Assembly (NCBI GenBank): GCA_963747235.1
Contig: CAVVEU010000024.1
Coordinates: forward strand, 768,364 to 832,363
Direction of reading: 5' to 3'
Origin: an uncultured Candidatus Rokubacteria bacterium
GTDB lineage: Bacteria > Methylomirabilota > Methylomirabilia > Rokubacteriales > CSP1-6
Length of the DNA stretch: 64,000 nt
The notes under the pieces were generated by a model that had not been told where the DNA came from, ran no database searches, and saw only the letters and a program-made list of their open reading frames with translations. Position numbers and translations under genes: made by a program. Shown piece by piece: positions 20,523-30,573 of this stretch; position 1 is the first letter of the stretch, and every line of letters starts with the position of its first letter.

Positions 20523-21399
20523 TCAGCCTCCTCTCTGCGCGCGCTCGATCGCCTTGCGAAGCGCGCGGCCGGTCAATACCCGCACCAGGTCCTTCTTGTA
20601 CTCGACCGACCCGCGCAGGTCGGCTTCGGGCTGCGCCGCGTCCGCGGCGAGCTGGGCCACTTGCTTGATGGTTGCCTCGTCCGGCCGCTTGCCCCGGAGC
20701 GCGGCCTCGGCCTGCGTGGCCTTGATCGGGACCGAGCCCACGTTGGTGAGCCCGATGCCGACCTGCTCGCAGGTGCCGTTGGCGGCCAGCGTGAGCTGCA
20801 CCGCTACCGCCGCGGTGGCGAAGTCGCCGACCTTGCGCTCCATCTTCACGTAGGCGCCGCCGCTGCCCGGCTTGGGCGCCGGCACCCGGATCTCCACCAC
20901 GATCTCGTCCGGCTTGAGCGCGGTGGTGAGCGGCCCCGTGAAGAACGACGTGATCGGGATCTTCCGCTCGCCGCCCCCGCCGACCGCCACGATCTCGGCG
21001 CCGAAGGCCAGCATGGTCGCGGGATGGTCGTTGGCGGGGTCGCCGTGCGCGAGGTTGCCGCCGATCGTGGCCAGGTTGCGCACGATGGGATCGGCGATGA
21101 CCTTGCAGGTGTCCGCGAGCAAGCGGGTAACGAGAGCGCACCAGGTCCGACTCCTCGAGATCCACCTCGCGGGTCAGCCCGCCGATGCGCAGCGCGCCGC
21201 CGTCCTCGCGCACGTAGGCGAGGCCGGGGAGGCCGTTGATGTCGATCAGATGTCGCGGCGAGGCGAGCCGGAGCTTCATCAGCGGGATGAGGCTCTGCCC
21301 TCCCGAGAGGATCTTGGCGTCGTCGCCGAGCCTGGCGAGCAGCGCGGTGGCCTCCCCGATCGAGCTGGGTGCGTGGTACTCAAATGTGCCCGGAATCAT
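20523..21399 (-). CDS. coxM: CO dehydrogenase medium FAD subunit (frameshift near 21120)
   Basis: [58 protein letters not shown]. Confidence 0.93.
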
Positions 21400-21886
21400 C
21401 GTGGTGACTCCCTTCTGGATCTGCCCGGCGCGGGAGCTCGCGAACGCGAGCCCGGCGCGCTTCAGGGCGACCCGGAGCGATTCCAGCGACAGCGCGGGCA
21501 CGACACCGGCCTGGACGAGGTACTGCCGGAGCCTGGCCAGGCTCCACCGCGTCCCCGGGATGCCCAGATCCCGGGGCCGGGCGCTCACGACCATGGAGAT
21601 GTGACGGAGTGCGTCGGACGAGATCCTGGCGGGCCGGCCGGCGCGCGGGCGATCCAGCAATCCGGCGATGCCCGATCGCTCGAACCGGCGCAGCCAGTGA
21701 GGTGACGGTGGGGCGGGAGAGGCCGAGGCGCCGGACGATCTCCGGAATCGCGACCCGAGCCGCCGAGAGCAGGATCACGTCGGCGCGCGGGCGAGTTCCC
21801 GCGGGGCCCGCGTCCCGGAGCCGGATCAGCTCCGAGCGCTCGGCCGGGGTCGGCTGCCGGACGAACCGACTCGGGACGTCTGCCAC
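21400..21886 (-). CDS. IS630/Tc1-type N-terminal HTH domain without DDE domain, in frame with coxM (1-nt indel near 21700)
   Basis: RADVILLSA..IPEIVRRLGLSRPTV.HWLRRF..SGIAGLLDRPRAGRP...PRDLG...RWSLARL; GGAGAGG RBS. Confidence 0.75.
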
Positions 21887-22008
21887 CCATCACCTCTCCC
21901 TTGAGGGATGCCGGGAGAATCATGCCAAAGGACTTTCCGGTTGCCCGCAAGTCCCTGACGGCCGGCACGGTACGACCGCGCCGCCGCCCGCTGTCAAGAG
22001 GCGGTGAG

Positions 22009-22588
22009 TTAGATCGGCTTGAGCGGCGGGCGCTCCCCGGCGGGCAGGGGATGGCGGTCCACGTTCAGCACCATCGAGACGATCGAGTAGTAGCCGGAGG
22101 CCGCGATCAGGTCGATGACGCCCTGCTCGCCGAAGCGGTCGACGGCGGCCTTGAACGTGGCGTCGGACACCGCCTTGTCGCGGAACAGCTCGGTGCAGAA
22201 GTCGTGGACGATCCGCTGGTCGTCGCTCATCGTGCGACGGGCGGCGGCCCTCCGCGATCGCGTCGATGATCGCGTCGGGGAGGCCGGCGGTGCGCGCGAG
22301 CTGGCTGTGGGCCCAGAACTCGTACTGCGCGCCCCAGAAGCGGCCGGTGATCAGGATGGCCATCTCGTTGAGCGCGGCCGGGATCGTGGACTGGAAGCGG
22401 ATGTACTCGCCGATCTTCTGCACGCGGTCGGCCACCTCGGGACTGCGCAGCAGCGCGTTGAAGGGCCCGCGGGCTCCCTTGCGCGGGCCCGACACGATGG
22501 CCTGGTAGCTCTCGCGCTGGCGCGGGGTCATGGTGGCGTCGGTGAGCAGCGCGAAGCGGCGGCCGTCGGTCGGGTTCTCGGGGGTCAT
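22009..22588 (-). CDS. Carboxymuconolactone decarboxylase family protein (frameshift near 22240)
   Basis: RGPFNALLRSP, EMAILITGRFWGAQYEFWAH, FGEQGVIDLIAASGYY. Confidence 0.85.
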
Positions 22589-22794
22589 CGGTATCTCCTT
22601 GCTCGTGAGTGAGTGGCGGCACAGCATACCGCGGCACCCGCAGGTCTCTCAGGCACGCACCAGTACCCCTCAGTAACGAATACCGAGTCCGATCTATCCG
22701 ACGTGCACCGGCCGCTGCTGGCGCGCGACCGATCAAGGGCCCCTGGACGCCCGGTTCATCTCGCTGCCGGGACTCTTTCCCGAGTCCGTTCCGA

Positions 22795-22810
22795 CGGCAC
22801 ATCCCTTGCT
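22795..22810 (+). promoter_or_regulatory. Sigma54 (-24/-12) promoter
   Basis: CGGCAC-ATCCC-TTGCT, about 45 nt before the ATG at 22855. Confidence 0.7.
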
Positions 22811-22854
22811 CTGACTATTCCGCCCGCGAACGTCGGGCCAAAAGGAGAAGGACC

Positions 22855-23100
22855 ATGGGAATCATAGGCATGGATCATCTTTGGACTCATCGTGGGTCTC
22901 GTTGCCAAGTTCTTGATGCCGGGCCGTGACCCGGGTGGCTTCATCATCACGGCCGTCCTCGGCATCGTCGGCGCGGTCGTAGGCGGGTTCTTGGGGCGCG
23001 CCATCGGCTGGTACGGCCCGAGACGACCCGGTTGGGTTTGTCATGCGTCCGACGGATGGCGCTCCCGGTGCGACTTCCCGTGGCGTACCGCCTGCGGCGC
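22855..23100 (+). CDS. GlsB/YeaQ/YmgE stress-response membrane protein (frameshifted or decayed)
   Basis: MGII.WIIFGLIVGLVAKFLMPGRDPGGFIITAVLGIVGAVVGGFLG; AGGAG RBS; 3' end approximate. Confidence 0.75.
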
Positions 23101-23359
23101 CCACGCCACGACCAGTCGGGCCCTGGACCCTCAGACCCACACGGTCTGCTTCCGCGACGAGCCGGCGCTCGACCGCGATCTTCGCCCCGGGAGCGAGACC
23201 GAGCTCCTAGCGAGGCCAGCCGGAGGGAGGCCTGACGTCGACGATGACCTGGTGCAATGGTGCATGCCCGGACCTGATCACGAATCGCCACGGCGACGAA
23301 TCCGGGGCGAAGCGATGGCGGTGAGCGCCCGAGCTCGAGGAGTGCGTTAAGCTCTCCGG

Positions 23360-24130
23360 GTGGACCCTCGACTCGACGCCATGGTGGAGGCCGCCCGCGC
23401 GGGCGGCGCGACGGCGCTCGAGCACTACCGGCGGCAGGGGTTCTCGGTCTCGCTCAAGGCGGACCGGTCGCCGGTGACCGAGGCCGACCGCGCGGCCGAG
23501 GCCGCGATCCTCGACGTGCTGCGCGCCCGCTGTCCCGATCACGGCGCGCTCGGCGAGGAGCTGGGCGAGTCGGGCCCGCGCGCGCGGCGCTTCATCGTGG
23601 ACCCGATCGACGGCACCCGGAACTTCGTGCGCCGCATCCCCACCTGGGCGGTGCTGATCGGGCTCGAGGAGGACGGCCAGGTGGTCGCGGGCGTGGTCTA
23701 CCAGCCGGTCACCGGCACGCTCCACACCGCGTGGCGGGGGCAGGGCGCCTACCGCGACGGCGCGCGGATCCGCGTGTCCCCGGTGGACGCGCTCGAGCGC
23801 GCGCTGGTCGTGCACTCCTCGGTGAACTTCCTGCGGCGGAGCGCCTACTGGGACGGCTTCCTCCGCCTGGCCGATCGGACGCAGGTCCAGCGCGGCTTCG
23901 GCGACTTCTCGGCCTACCTCTGGGTGGCCGAGGGGCAGGGGGAGATCGCGCTCTCGACCACCGTGAAGGCGTGGGACGTGGCCGCGCTGAAGGTCGTCGT
24001 GGAGGAGGCGGGCGGCCGGCTCACCGATCTGGACGGCGGCGCGGGTATCTACGGCAGCACCGTCTTCGCCAGCAATGGCCTGCTGCACGACGCGGCGCTC
24101 GCCGCAATGCGAAAGGAGGAACGCGCGTGA
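23360..24130 (+). CDS. Inositol monophosphatase family protein (HisN-like)
   Basis: SPVTEAD, LGEE, VDPIDGTRNF, WDVAA. Confidence 0.9.
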   Translation: MDPRLDAMVEAARAGGATALEHYRRQGFSVSLKADRSPVTEADRAAEAAILDVLRARCPDHGALGEELGESGPRARRFIVDPIDGTRNFVRRIPTWAVLIGLEEDGQVVAGVVYQPVTGTLHTAWRGQGAYRDGARIRVSPVDALERALVVHSSVNFLRRSAYWDGFLRLADRTQVQRGFGDFSAYLWVAEGQGEIALSTTVKAWDVAALKVVVEEAGGRLTDLDGGAGIYGSTVFASNGLLHDAALAAMRKEERA

Positions 24131-24969
24131 AGACGTTCCGGGATCGGGTCGCGGTGGTGACGGGTGCGGCGAGCGGGATCGGACTCGCGCTCGCCCAGCG
24201 CTTCGCCGCCGACGGCGCGAAGGTCGTCATGGCCGACATCGAGGCGTCGGCCCTCGAGACCGCGGCCGAGGGGCTGCGGCGGAAGGGCGCGCGGCTGCTG
24301 GTCTCGCGGGTGGACGTCTCGCGCTCCGAGGACGTGGAGCGGCTGGCCCGGGAGACCTACGACGCCTTCGGCGCGGCGCACGTGCTCTGCAACAACGCGG
24401 GCGTCGCGGTGATCGGCGCGGTGCACGAGCACACCCTGGCCGACTGGCAGTGGGTCATCAACGTGAACCTGTGGGGCGTCATCCACGGGGTCCGCGCGTT
24501 CCTGCCGCGCATGCTGGGCGGCGGCGACGAGGGGCACATCGTCAACACCGCGTCCATGGCCGGGCTCACCACCGCGCCGTTCATGTCGGTCTACGACGTC
24601 ACCAAGCACGGCGTCGTGGCGCTGTCGGAGTCCATGTACAAGGAGCTCCAGGTGACCGGCGCGCCGATCGGGGTGTCCGTGGTCTGCCCCGGGCTCATCG
24701 ACACCAACATCATGCGGTCGTCCCGCAACCGGCCCGAGGATCTCGCCGAGGCGGGCAAGGCGGGCCCGATGGCCGAGGCGTTCGGGCAGGCACTGTCGGA
24801 CCGGCTCGCGGACGGCTACCCACCGTCCGAGGTGGCCGAGCAGGTGGTCGAGGGCATCCGCGCGGGCCGCTTCTACATCGTGCCCGCCCAGCCGGAGGTG
24901 AAGAGCGCGATCGGGGTCCGCGCGCAGGACCTGATCGAGCTCAAGAACCCGACGCTGCGGCGGGGCTAG
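24127..24969 (+). CDS. Short-chain dehydrogenase/reductase
   Basis: TGAASGIG, NNAG, YDVTK. Confidence 0.92.
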   Translation: MKTFRDRVAVVTGAASGIGLALAQRFAADGAKVVMADIEASALETAAEGLRRKGARLLVSRVDVSRSEDVERLARETYDAFGAAHVLCNNAGVAVIGAVHEHTLADWQWVINVNLWGVIHGVRAFLPRMLGGGDEGHIVNTASMAGLTTAPFMSVYDVTKHGVVALSESMYKELQVTGAPIGVSVVCPGLIDTNIMRSSRNRPEDLAEAGKAGPMAEAFGQALSDRLADGYPPSEVAEQVVEGIRAGRFYIVPAQPEVKSAIGVRAQDLIELKNPTLRRG

Positions 24970-24973
24970 GGTC

Positions 24974-25373
24974 ATGATCGCCGGCCTCGACCATGTGGTC
25001 ATCGTGGTGGCGCGACTTCGAGACCGCGCTGGCCTTCTACACCGGCGCGCTCGGCTGCGAGCCGCTCGGCGTGGACGAGTGGCGAGAGGGTCGGCGACGC
25101 TTTCCCTCGCTCCGCGCGGGGCGCACCATGATCAACGTCCACCAGGCGGGGCGCCCGGTGGGGCTGGATGCGGTCAACATGCAGGTCGGATCGGAGGACC
25201 TCTGCTTCGAATGGAGCGGCCCGATCGAGGGCGCGGTCGAGCGCCTCCGCGCGCACGGCGTGGCGATCGAGGTGGGGCCGGTCAAGCGCTTCGGGGCCCG
25301 CGGGCGCGAGGGGACCTCGGTCTACTTCCGCGACCCCGACGGCAACCTGCTGGAGCTCATGAGCTACGACTGA
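24974..25373 (+). CDS. VOC/glyoxalase family protein (frameshift near 25010)
   Basis: MIAGLDHVVI...GPVKRFGARG..TSVYFRDPDGNLLEL. Confidence 0.85.
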
Positions 25374-25377
25374 CGCG

Positions 25378-25956
25378 TCAGGGGAGTACGTCGCGGACGC
25401 GGATGCTTGCGCTGGAGCACGCCAGCGGCGAAACGAAGGCCTCGTCCCGGAGCACCTCGACCGACCGGTAGCGCCAGCCGAACGGCGCGGCCGGATCCGC
25501 TTCGGGATCCCGATACACCTCGAGGGTCTGCTCCGCGAGATTCACGATCCAGTAGTCGGCGACGCCGGCGCGGGCGTAGAGGCTCCCCTTGTGGTCGCGG
25601 TCCAGCGCGAGGCTCGACTCGCTGATCTCCACGACGAGCACCGGGCGCGAGGGGTGCCCGGCCACGTAGTCACGGAAGCTTCCCGGCACGACGGCAACGT
25701 CGGGCTCCGGCTCTGATTCTTCGTCGAGCGCCAGGGGTCCTTGCCCGCGTATCTGCCACCCCCGGCCGAATGCCGTCCGCAGGGCTTCTTCCATGGCCTG
25801 GACCGCGGCGAAGTGCCGGCTTCCTTGCGGCTCCGCCACGATGAGCTGACCGCCGACGAGCTCGACCGGATCGCCCGGCCGGAAGAAACCGGTCTCGATC
25901 AACCGCTCGTACTCGACCCGCCGCCACCGGTGCGTCTTGACGTTCACGTGAGCCAC
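25378..25956 (-). CDS. Uma2 family PD-(D/E)XK endonuclease-like protein
   Basis: VELVGG, SEPEPDVAVV, LVVEISESSLALDR..KGSLYARAGVADYWIVNL. Confidence 0.92.
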   Translation of the reverse strand: MAHVNVKTHRWRRVEYERLIETGFFRPGDPVELVGGQLIVAEPQGSRHFAAVQAMEEALRTAFGRGWQIRGQGPLALDEESEPEPDVAVVPGSFRDYVAGHPSRPVLVVEISESSLALDRDHKGSLYARAGVADYWIVNLAEQTLEVYRDPEADPAAPFGWRYRSVEVLRDEAFVSPLACSSASIRVRDVLP

Positions 25957-26027
25957 TGGCGAGCGTAGCGATCTCGAGGGGGCGGGTCAATGTCCTCGGA
26001 GCGAGACACTTGACACCCCTCCCATGA

Positions 26028-26125
26028 CTTTAGTAATAATGAATCGGAGTTTCATCATCAAGTAACTGGAGCCCAATCTTTAGTAATAATGAATCGAAGT
26101 TTCATCATTAAGTAACTGGAGCCCA
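26028..26125 (+). promoter_or_regulatory. Tandem 48-bp AT-rich duplication (period 50), each copy carrying a palindromic operator
   Basis: 26028-26075 and 26078-26125 differ at 2 nt; TAATAATGAA-N7-TTCATCATTA; TTGACA at 26010-26015. Confidence 0.8.
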
Positions 26126-26130
26126 GCGCG

Positions 26131-26612
26131 GTGCCCACGCTCCTGACGCTCAAGATCAACGGGGAAGCGCGCGATGTCCTCGCGCCGGCGCACAAGACTC
26201 TGCTCGAGGTGCTGCGCGAGGAGCTGAACCTCACCGGCACCAAGCACGGCTGCGAGCTGGGCGAGTGCGGCACGTGCACCGTGCTGCTGGACGGCGAGCC
26301 CGTGCTCTCCTGCCTGGCGCTGCCCGTCGAGTGCCAGGGGCGCGAGATCAAGACCGTGGAGGGCATGGCCGAGGGCGGCCGGCTCCACCCGCTGCAGCAG
26401 GCCTTCGCGGAGCTGGGCGCCGCCCAGTGCGGCTACTGCACGCCCGGCATTCTCCTCACCGCCGAGGCCCTCCTGGTGGACATCCCCACCCCGACGCGCG
26501 ACGAGATCAAGCACGCGCTCGCCGGCAATCTCTGCCGGTGCACGGGCTACACGAAGATCCTCGACGCCGTCGAGCTCGCCGCCCTGCGGATGAAGGCGGA
26601 CTCAGCGCATGA
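26131..26612 (+). CDS. hcrC: 2Fe-2S small subunit, 4-hydroxybenzoyl-CoA reductase gamma-like
   Basis: [30 protein letters not shown]; stop probably the ATGA overlap at 26609-26612 after an indel. Confidence 0.75.
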
Positions 26613-29018
26613 AGAAAGACCGGTTCTCGATCATCGGCCAGTCGCTGCCCAAGATCGACGCGTGGGCCAAGGTCATCGGCGAGACCAAGTTCGCCGACGA
26701 CATGGTGATGTCGCGGATGGCCCACGGCAAGCTGCTGCGCAGCCCGCATCCGCACGCGCTCATCAAGCGCATCGACACGACGCGCGCCCGCGCGCTGCCC
26801 GGCGTCTACGCGGTGATCACCGGGCACGACCTGCCGCGCGTGAAGTTCGGCATCCTGCCGGTGTCGCAGGACGAGGAAGCGCTCTGCGTGGAGAAGGTGC
26901 GCATGGTCGGCGACGCGGTCGCGGCGGTGGCCGCGGTGGACGAGGAGACGGCCGAGCGCGCGACCGAGCTGATCGAGGTGGAGTACGAGCCGCTGCGCGC
27001 CCTCATGTCCATCGAGGATTCGCTGAAGCACCCGGAGGTGCGCATCCACGAGTACGGCGACCGGCCGAACGTGCACAAGGCGGTGTCGCTCCAGTTCGGC
27101 GACGTGGAGGCGGCGTTCGCGGCGGCCGACCTCGTCCGCGAGGACGTCTTCTACTTCGAGGGCAACACGCACCTGCCGATGGAGCAGCACTCGGCGCTGG
27201 CCCAGTGGGGCGCCGACGGCAAGCTCACGCTCTGGTCCTCGACCCAGACGCCCCACTACGTCCACCGGCTGCTCTCCAAGATCCTCGACGTGCCGCAGGC
27301 GCACATCCGCGTGGTGGCGGCGCCGGTGGGCGGCGGCTTCGGCGGCAAGCTCGACCCGTTCGCCCACGAGATCGCGGCGTGCAAGCTCTCCCAGCTCACC
27401 GGGCGGCCGGTCAAGTTCACGCTGACGCGCGAGGAGGTCTTCTACGTCCACCGCGGCCGGCATCCGGTGCTGATGTGGGTCAAGACCGGCTTCACGAAGG
27501 ACGGCGCGATCACCGGCATGCACTTCCGCTCCTGGCTCGACGGCGGGCGCCTACGGCTCCTACGGCGTCGCCTCCACCTTCTATACCGGCGCGCTCCAGA
27601 CCGTCACCTACAAGATCCCGGTCTACAAGTTCGAGGGCGCGCGCGTGTTCACCAACAAGCCGCCCTGCGGGCCCAAGCGCGGGCACGGGACGCCCCAGCC
27701 GCGCTTCGCGATGGAGTGCCAGATCGACAAGGCGGCCGAGCAGCTCGGCCTCGATCCGGCCGACATGCGGCGGCGCAACCTGGCCGAGCCGTTCGTGAAG
27801 ACCGCGAACCACCTGACCGTGACCACCATCGGCCTCGGCGAGTGCATCGACCGCGTGGTGGAGGCCTCCGGCTGGCGGGAGAAGCGCGGGAACCTGCCCC
27901 CGGGCAAGGGGATCGGCATCGCGTGCTCGTCCTATCTCACCGGCGCGGGCACCGCGATCTACTGGAACGACATGCCGCACTCCGGCGTGGTCGTCCGCGC
28001 CGATCGCAGCGGGCTCGTGGCGGTGCTCTGCGGCGCCACCGACATCGGCCAGGGCTCGGACTCGATCCTGGCCTATCTGGTGGCGGAGGTGCTGGGCATC
28101 GAGCCCAAGGACATCCGCGTGCATCCGGCCGACACCGACCTCACGCCGGTGGATCTGGGCTCCTACTCCTCGCGCGTGACGCTGATGGCGGGCAACGCGG
28201 CGATCCAGGCCGCCGAGCGGCTGCGCGAGAAGATCTTCGCGGCCGTCGCGCGGAAGCTCGAGGTGCCGGCCGAGCGGCTCGCGGTCGGCGAGCGCCGCGT
28301 GTTCGTGCAGGACGATCCCGAGCACGGCGTCTCGTTCGCGGAGGCGGTGGTGCTGGCCGAGAGCATGTGGGGCGTGCTCGCCTTCCCGGGCTCCTACGCG
28401 CCGCCCAAGCGCGCGGGCAAGTACAAGGGCGGCGGCGTCGGGCCCTCGCCCTGCTACTCCTACTCGGCCTGCGTGGTCGAGGTGGACGTGGACGCCAGAC
28501 CGGCGAGGTCACGCCGACCGAGGTGTGGATCGCCCACGACGTCGGCCGGGCGCTCAATCCGCTGCTCGTGGAGGGCCAGGTCGAGGGCTCGATCTACATG
28601 GGCCTGGGCGAGGTGCTGATGGAGGAGCAGGTCTTCCGCAAGGGCGTGCACAAGATCCCCTCGCTGCTCGAGTACAAGAGCCCGACCACGCTCGAGACGC
28701 CGGAGATCCACACCATCCTCGTGGAGACCGACGATCCGGAAGGGCCGTTCGGCGCCAAGGAGGCCGGGCAGGGGCCGCTCCTGCCGGTGATCCCGGCGGT
28801 GGCCAACGCGGTCTACGACGCGGTCGGCGTGCGCATCGACGAGACGCCGATCACGCCCGAGAAGGTGACGAAGGCGATGGACAGCAAGCGCCAGGGGAAG
28901 TCGGCGCGGCTCGGGCCCGACCGGCTGCCCGTGTTCACGTTCCCGGAGCCCAAGATCGTCGAGTCGGCCTTCGGGCAGCCCGCGGAGAACATCGCCGTGA
29001 GGCCGTTCGGCGTCATGA
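26609..29018 (+). CDS. hcrA: Molybdopterin large subunit, 4-hydroxybenzoyl-CoA reductase alpha-like (two frameshifts)
   Basis: LRSPHPHA, STQTPH, VGGGFGGK, HRGRH, PPCGPKRGHG, DIGQGS, DLGSYSSRVT, VEGQVEG, GAKEAGQGP. Confidence 0.75.
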
Positions 29019-30018
29019 TGCGGCTGCCGCCGTTCACGTATCTGGCGCCGGTGTCGGTGGCCGACGCGGTCAAGCTCATGGCCGATCACGGGCCCGAGGC
29101 CATGCTGGTGGCCGGCGGCACGGATCTCTACCCGAACATGAAGCGTCGCCAGTTCGAGCCCACGGTGCTGGTGGGGCTGCGCGGCGTCCGCGACCTGGCC
29201 GGCGTGCGGCAGCCGGGCGCGGGCGCGCTCGCGATCGGCGCGGGGACGACGCTCACCGCGGTCGCGCGCCACCCCGAGGTGCGCGCGCAGCTACGCGGCG
29301 CTGGCCACCGCGGCGGGCGCGGTCTCCACGCCGCAGCTCCGCAACATGGGCACGCTCGGCGGCAACGTGTGCGTGGACACGCGCTGCAACTACTACAACC
29401 AGTCGTACCAGTGGCGGAAGGCGGTCAACTTCTGCATGAAGAAGGACGGCGAGATCTGCCTCGTGGCGCCGGGCAGCCCGCGCTGCTGGGCCGTGTCCTC
29501 GTCGGACACCGCGCCCACGCTCTGGAGCCTGGGCGCGAGCGTGCGGCTGGCCGGCCCCGCCGGCGAGCGCATCATCCCGATCTCGGCGCTCTACCAGGAC
29601 GACGGCATCCAGTACCTGACCAAGCAGCCGGGAGACATCGTGACCGAGATCGTGCTGCCCCCCGCCGACGGCGCCCGCTCCATCTATCTCAAGCTGCGCC
29701 GCCGCGGCTCGTTCGACTTCCCGGTGCTGGGCGTCGCGGCCACGCTGCACATGGACGGCGACACCGTGCGGCAGGCCCGCATCGTGCTGGGCGCGGTGGC
29801 GTCGCAGCCGCGCGAGGCGCGTGGAAGCCGCCCGCGTGCTGGTCGGCGAGCGCCTCACGCCCGAGCTGATCGACCGCGCGGCCGATGCCGCGTACCGGCC
29901 CGCGAAGCCGCTCGACAACACCGATCTGACGCACCCGTACCGCAAGAAGATGGTGCGCGTCTACGTGGCGCGCGCGCTGCGACGCCTGGCCGGCCTGCCG
30001 GACGAGGCGGAGGCATGA
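29015..30018 (+). CDS. hcrB: FAD subunit with 4Fe-4S insert, 4-hydroxybenzoyl-CoA reductase beta-like (frameshifted)
   Basis: AGGTDLYPNMKRR, GTLGGNVCVDTRCNYYNQS..WRKA..FCMKKDGEICLVAPGSPRCWA, KLRRRGSFDFP. Confidence 0.8.
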
Positions 30019-30563
30019 CCGCGCTCGGCCAGCGCATCAAGGCCTTCCGCGCCGAGCGGGCGCTCCAGCAGCGCCAGCTCGCCGAGAAGGCCGGCCTCAC
30101 CGCGAGCATGCTGTCGCAGATCGAGTCGGGGCGCCTGACCCCGTCGCTGCCGACCCTGGGCAAGCTCGCGGCCGCCCTGGGCGTGTCCATCGGCGCGCTC
30201 TTCGAGCCGGCCCCGGCCGGGCGGCTCCTGGTGAGCCGGAAGGCCGACTACCCGGTGGTGTCCTTCGACGGCACCACCGAGAAGTGGCACGTGTTGGGGG
30301 CCGGGCTCTTCCAGGGTAAGATCCGGGCGGTGATGTCCACGCTCGGGCCGCGGTCGCGGGGCGTGAAGACGGACAAGGTGGTCATCGAGCCGGGGCAGAT
30401 GAAGCTCTTCTACGTGATCGAGGGCAAGGTGGCCCTGCAGTACAACGGCGACAGCCACGTGCTCGAGGCGGGCGACAGCGCCTATCTCGACGGCGGCACC
30501 ACGCACGGCTGGGAGAACGTGGGATCCAGGATCGCCAAGGTGCTGTGGGTGATCCTCGGCTAG
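30015..30563 (+). CDS. XRE-family HTH + cupin transcriptional regulator
   Basis: LGQRIKAFR..QLAEKAGLTASMLSQIESGRLTPSL; cupin LEAGDSAYLDG..HGWEN. Confidence 0.9.
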   Translation: MTALGQRIKAFRAERALQQRQLAEKAGLTASMLSQIESGRLTPSLPTLGKLAAALGVSIGALFEPAPAGRLLVSRKADYPVVSFDGTTEKWHVLGAGLFQGKIRAVMSTLGPRSRGVKTDKVVIEPGQMKLFYVIEGKVALQYNGDSHVLEAGDSAYLDGGTTHGWENVGSRIAKVLWVILG

Positions 30564-30573
30564 AGGAGAGGTC

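Noticed and set aside
21400-21886. Active IS630 element
   Set aside because: No DDE catalytic domain or terminal inverted repeats seen
21913-21928. Sigma54 promoter for the cox operon (TTGGCATGATTCTCCC, minus strand)
   Set aside because: -24 element present but the -12 GC is absent
25378-25956. Uma2 nuclease as a defence system
   Set aside because: Solitary member of a commonly expanded family, with no methylase or partner gene
26028-26125. Mini-CRISPR
   Set aside because: Only two abutting copies, no spacers and no cas genes
26131-30563. Apparent fusions hcrA-hcrB and hcrB-XRE and the missing hcrC stop in the ORF track
   Set aside because: Each junction has an ATGA overlap that works after a 1-nt correction or is a frameshift product
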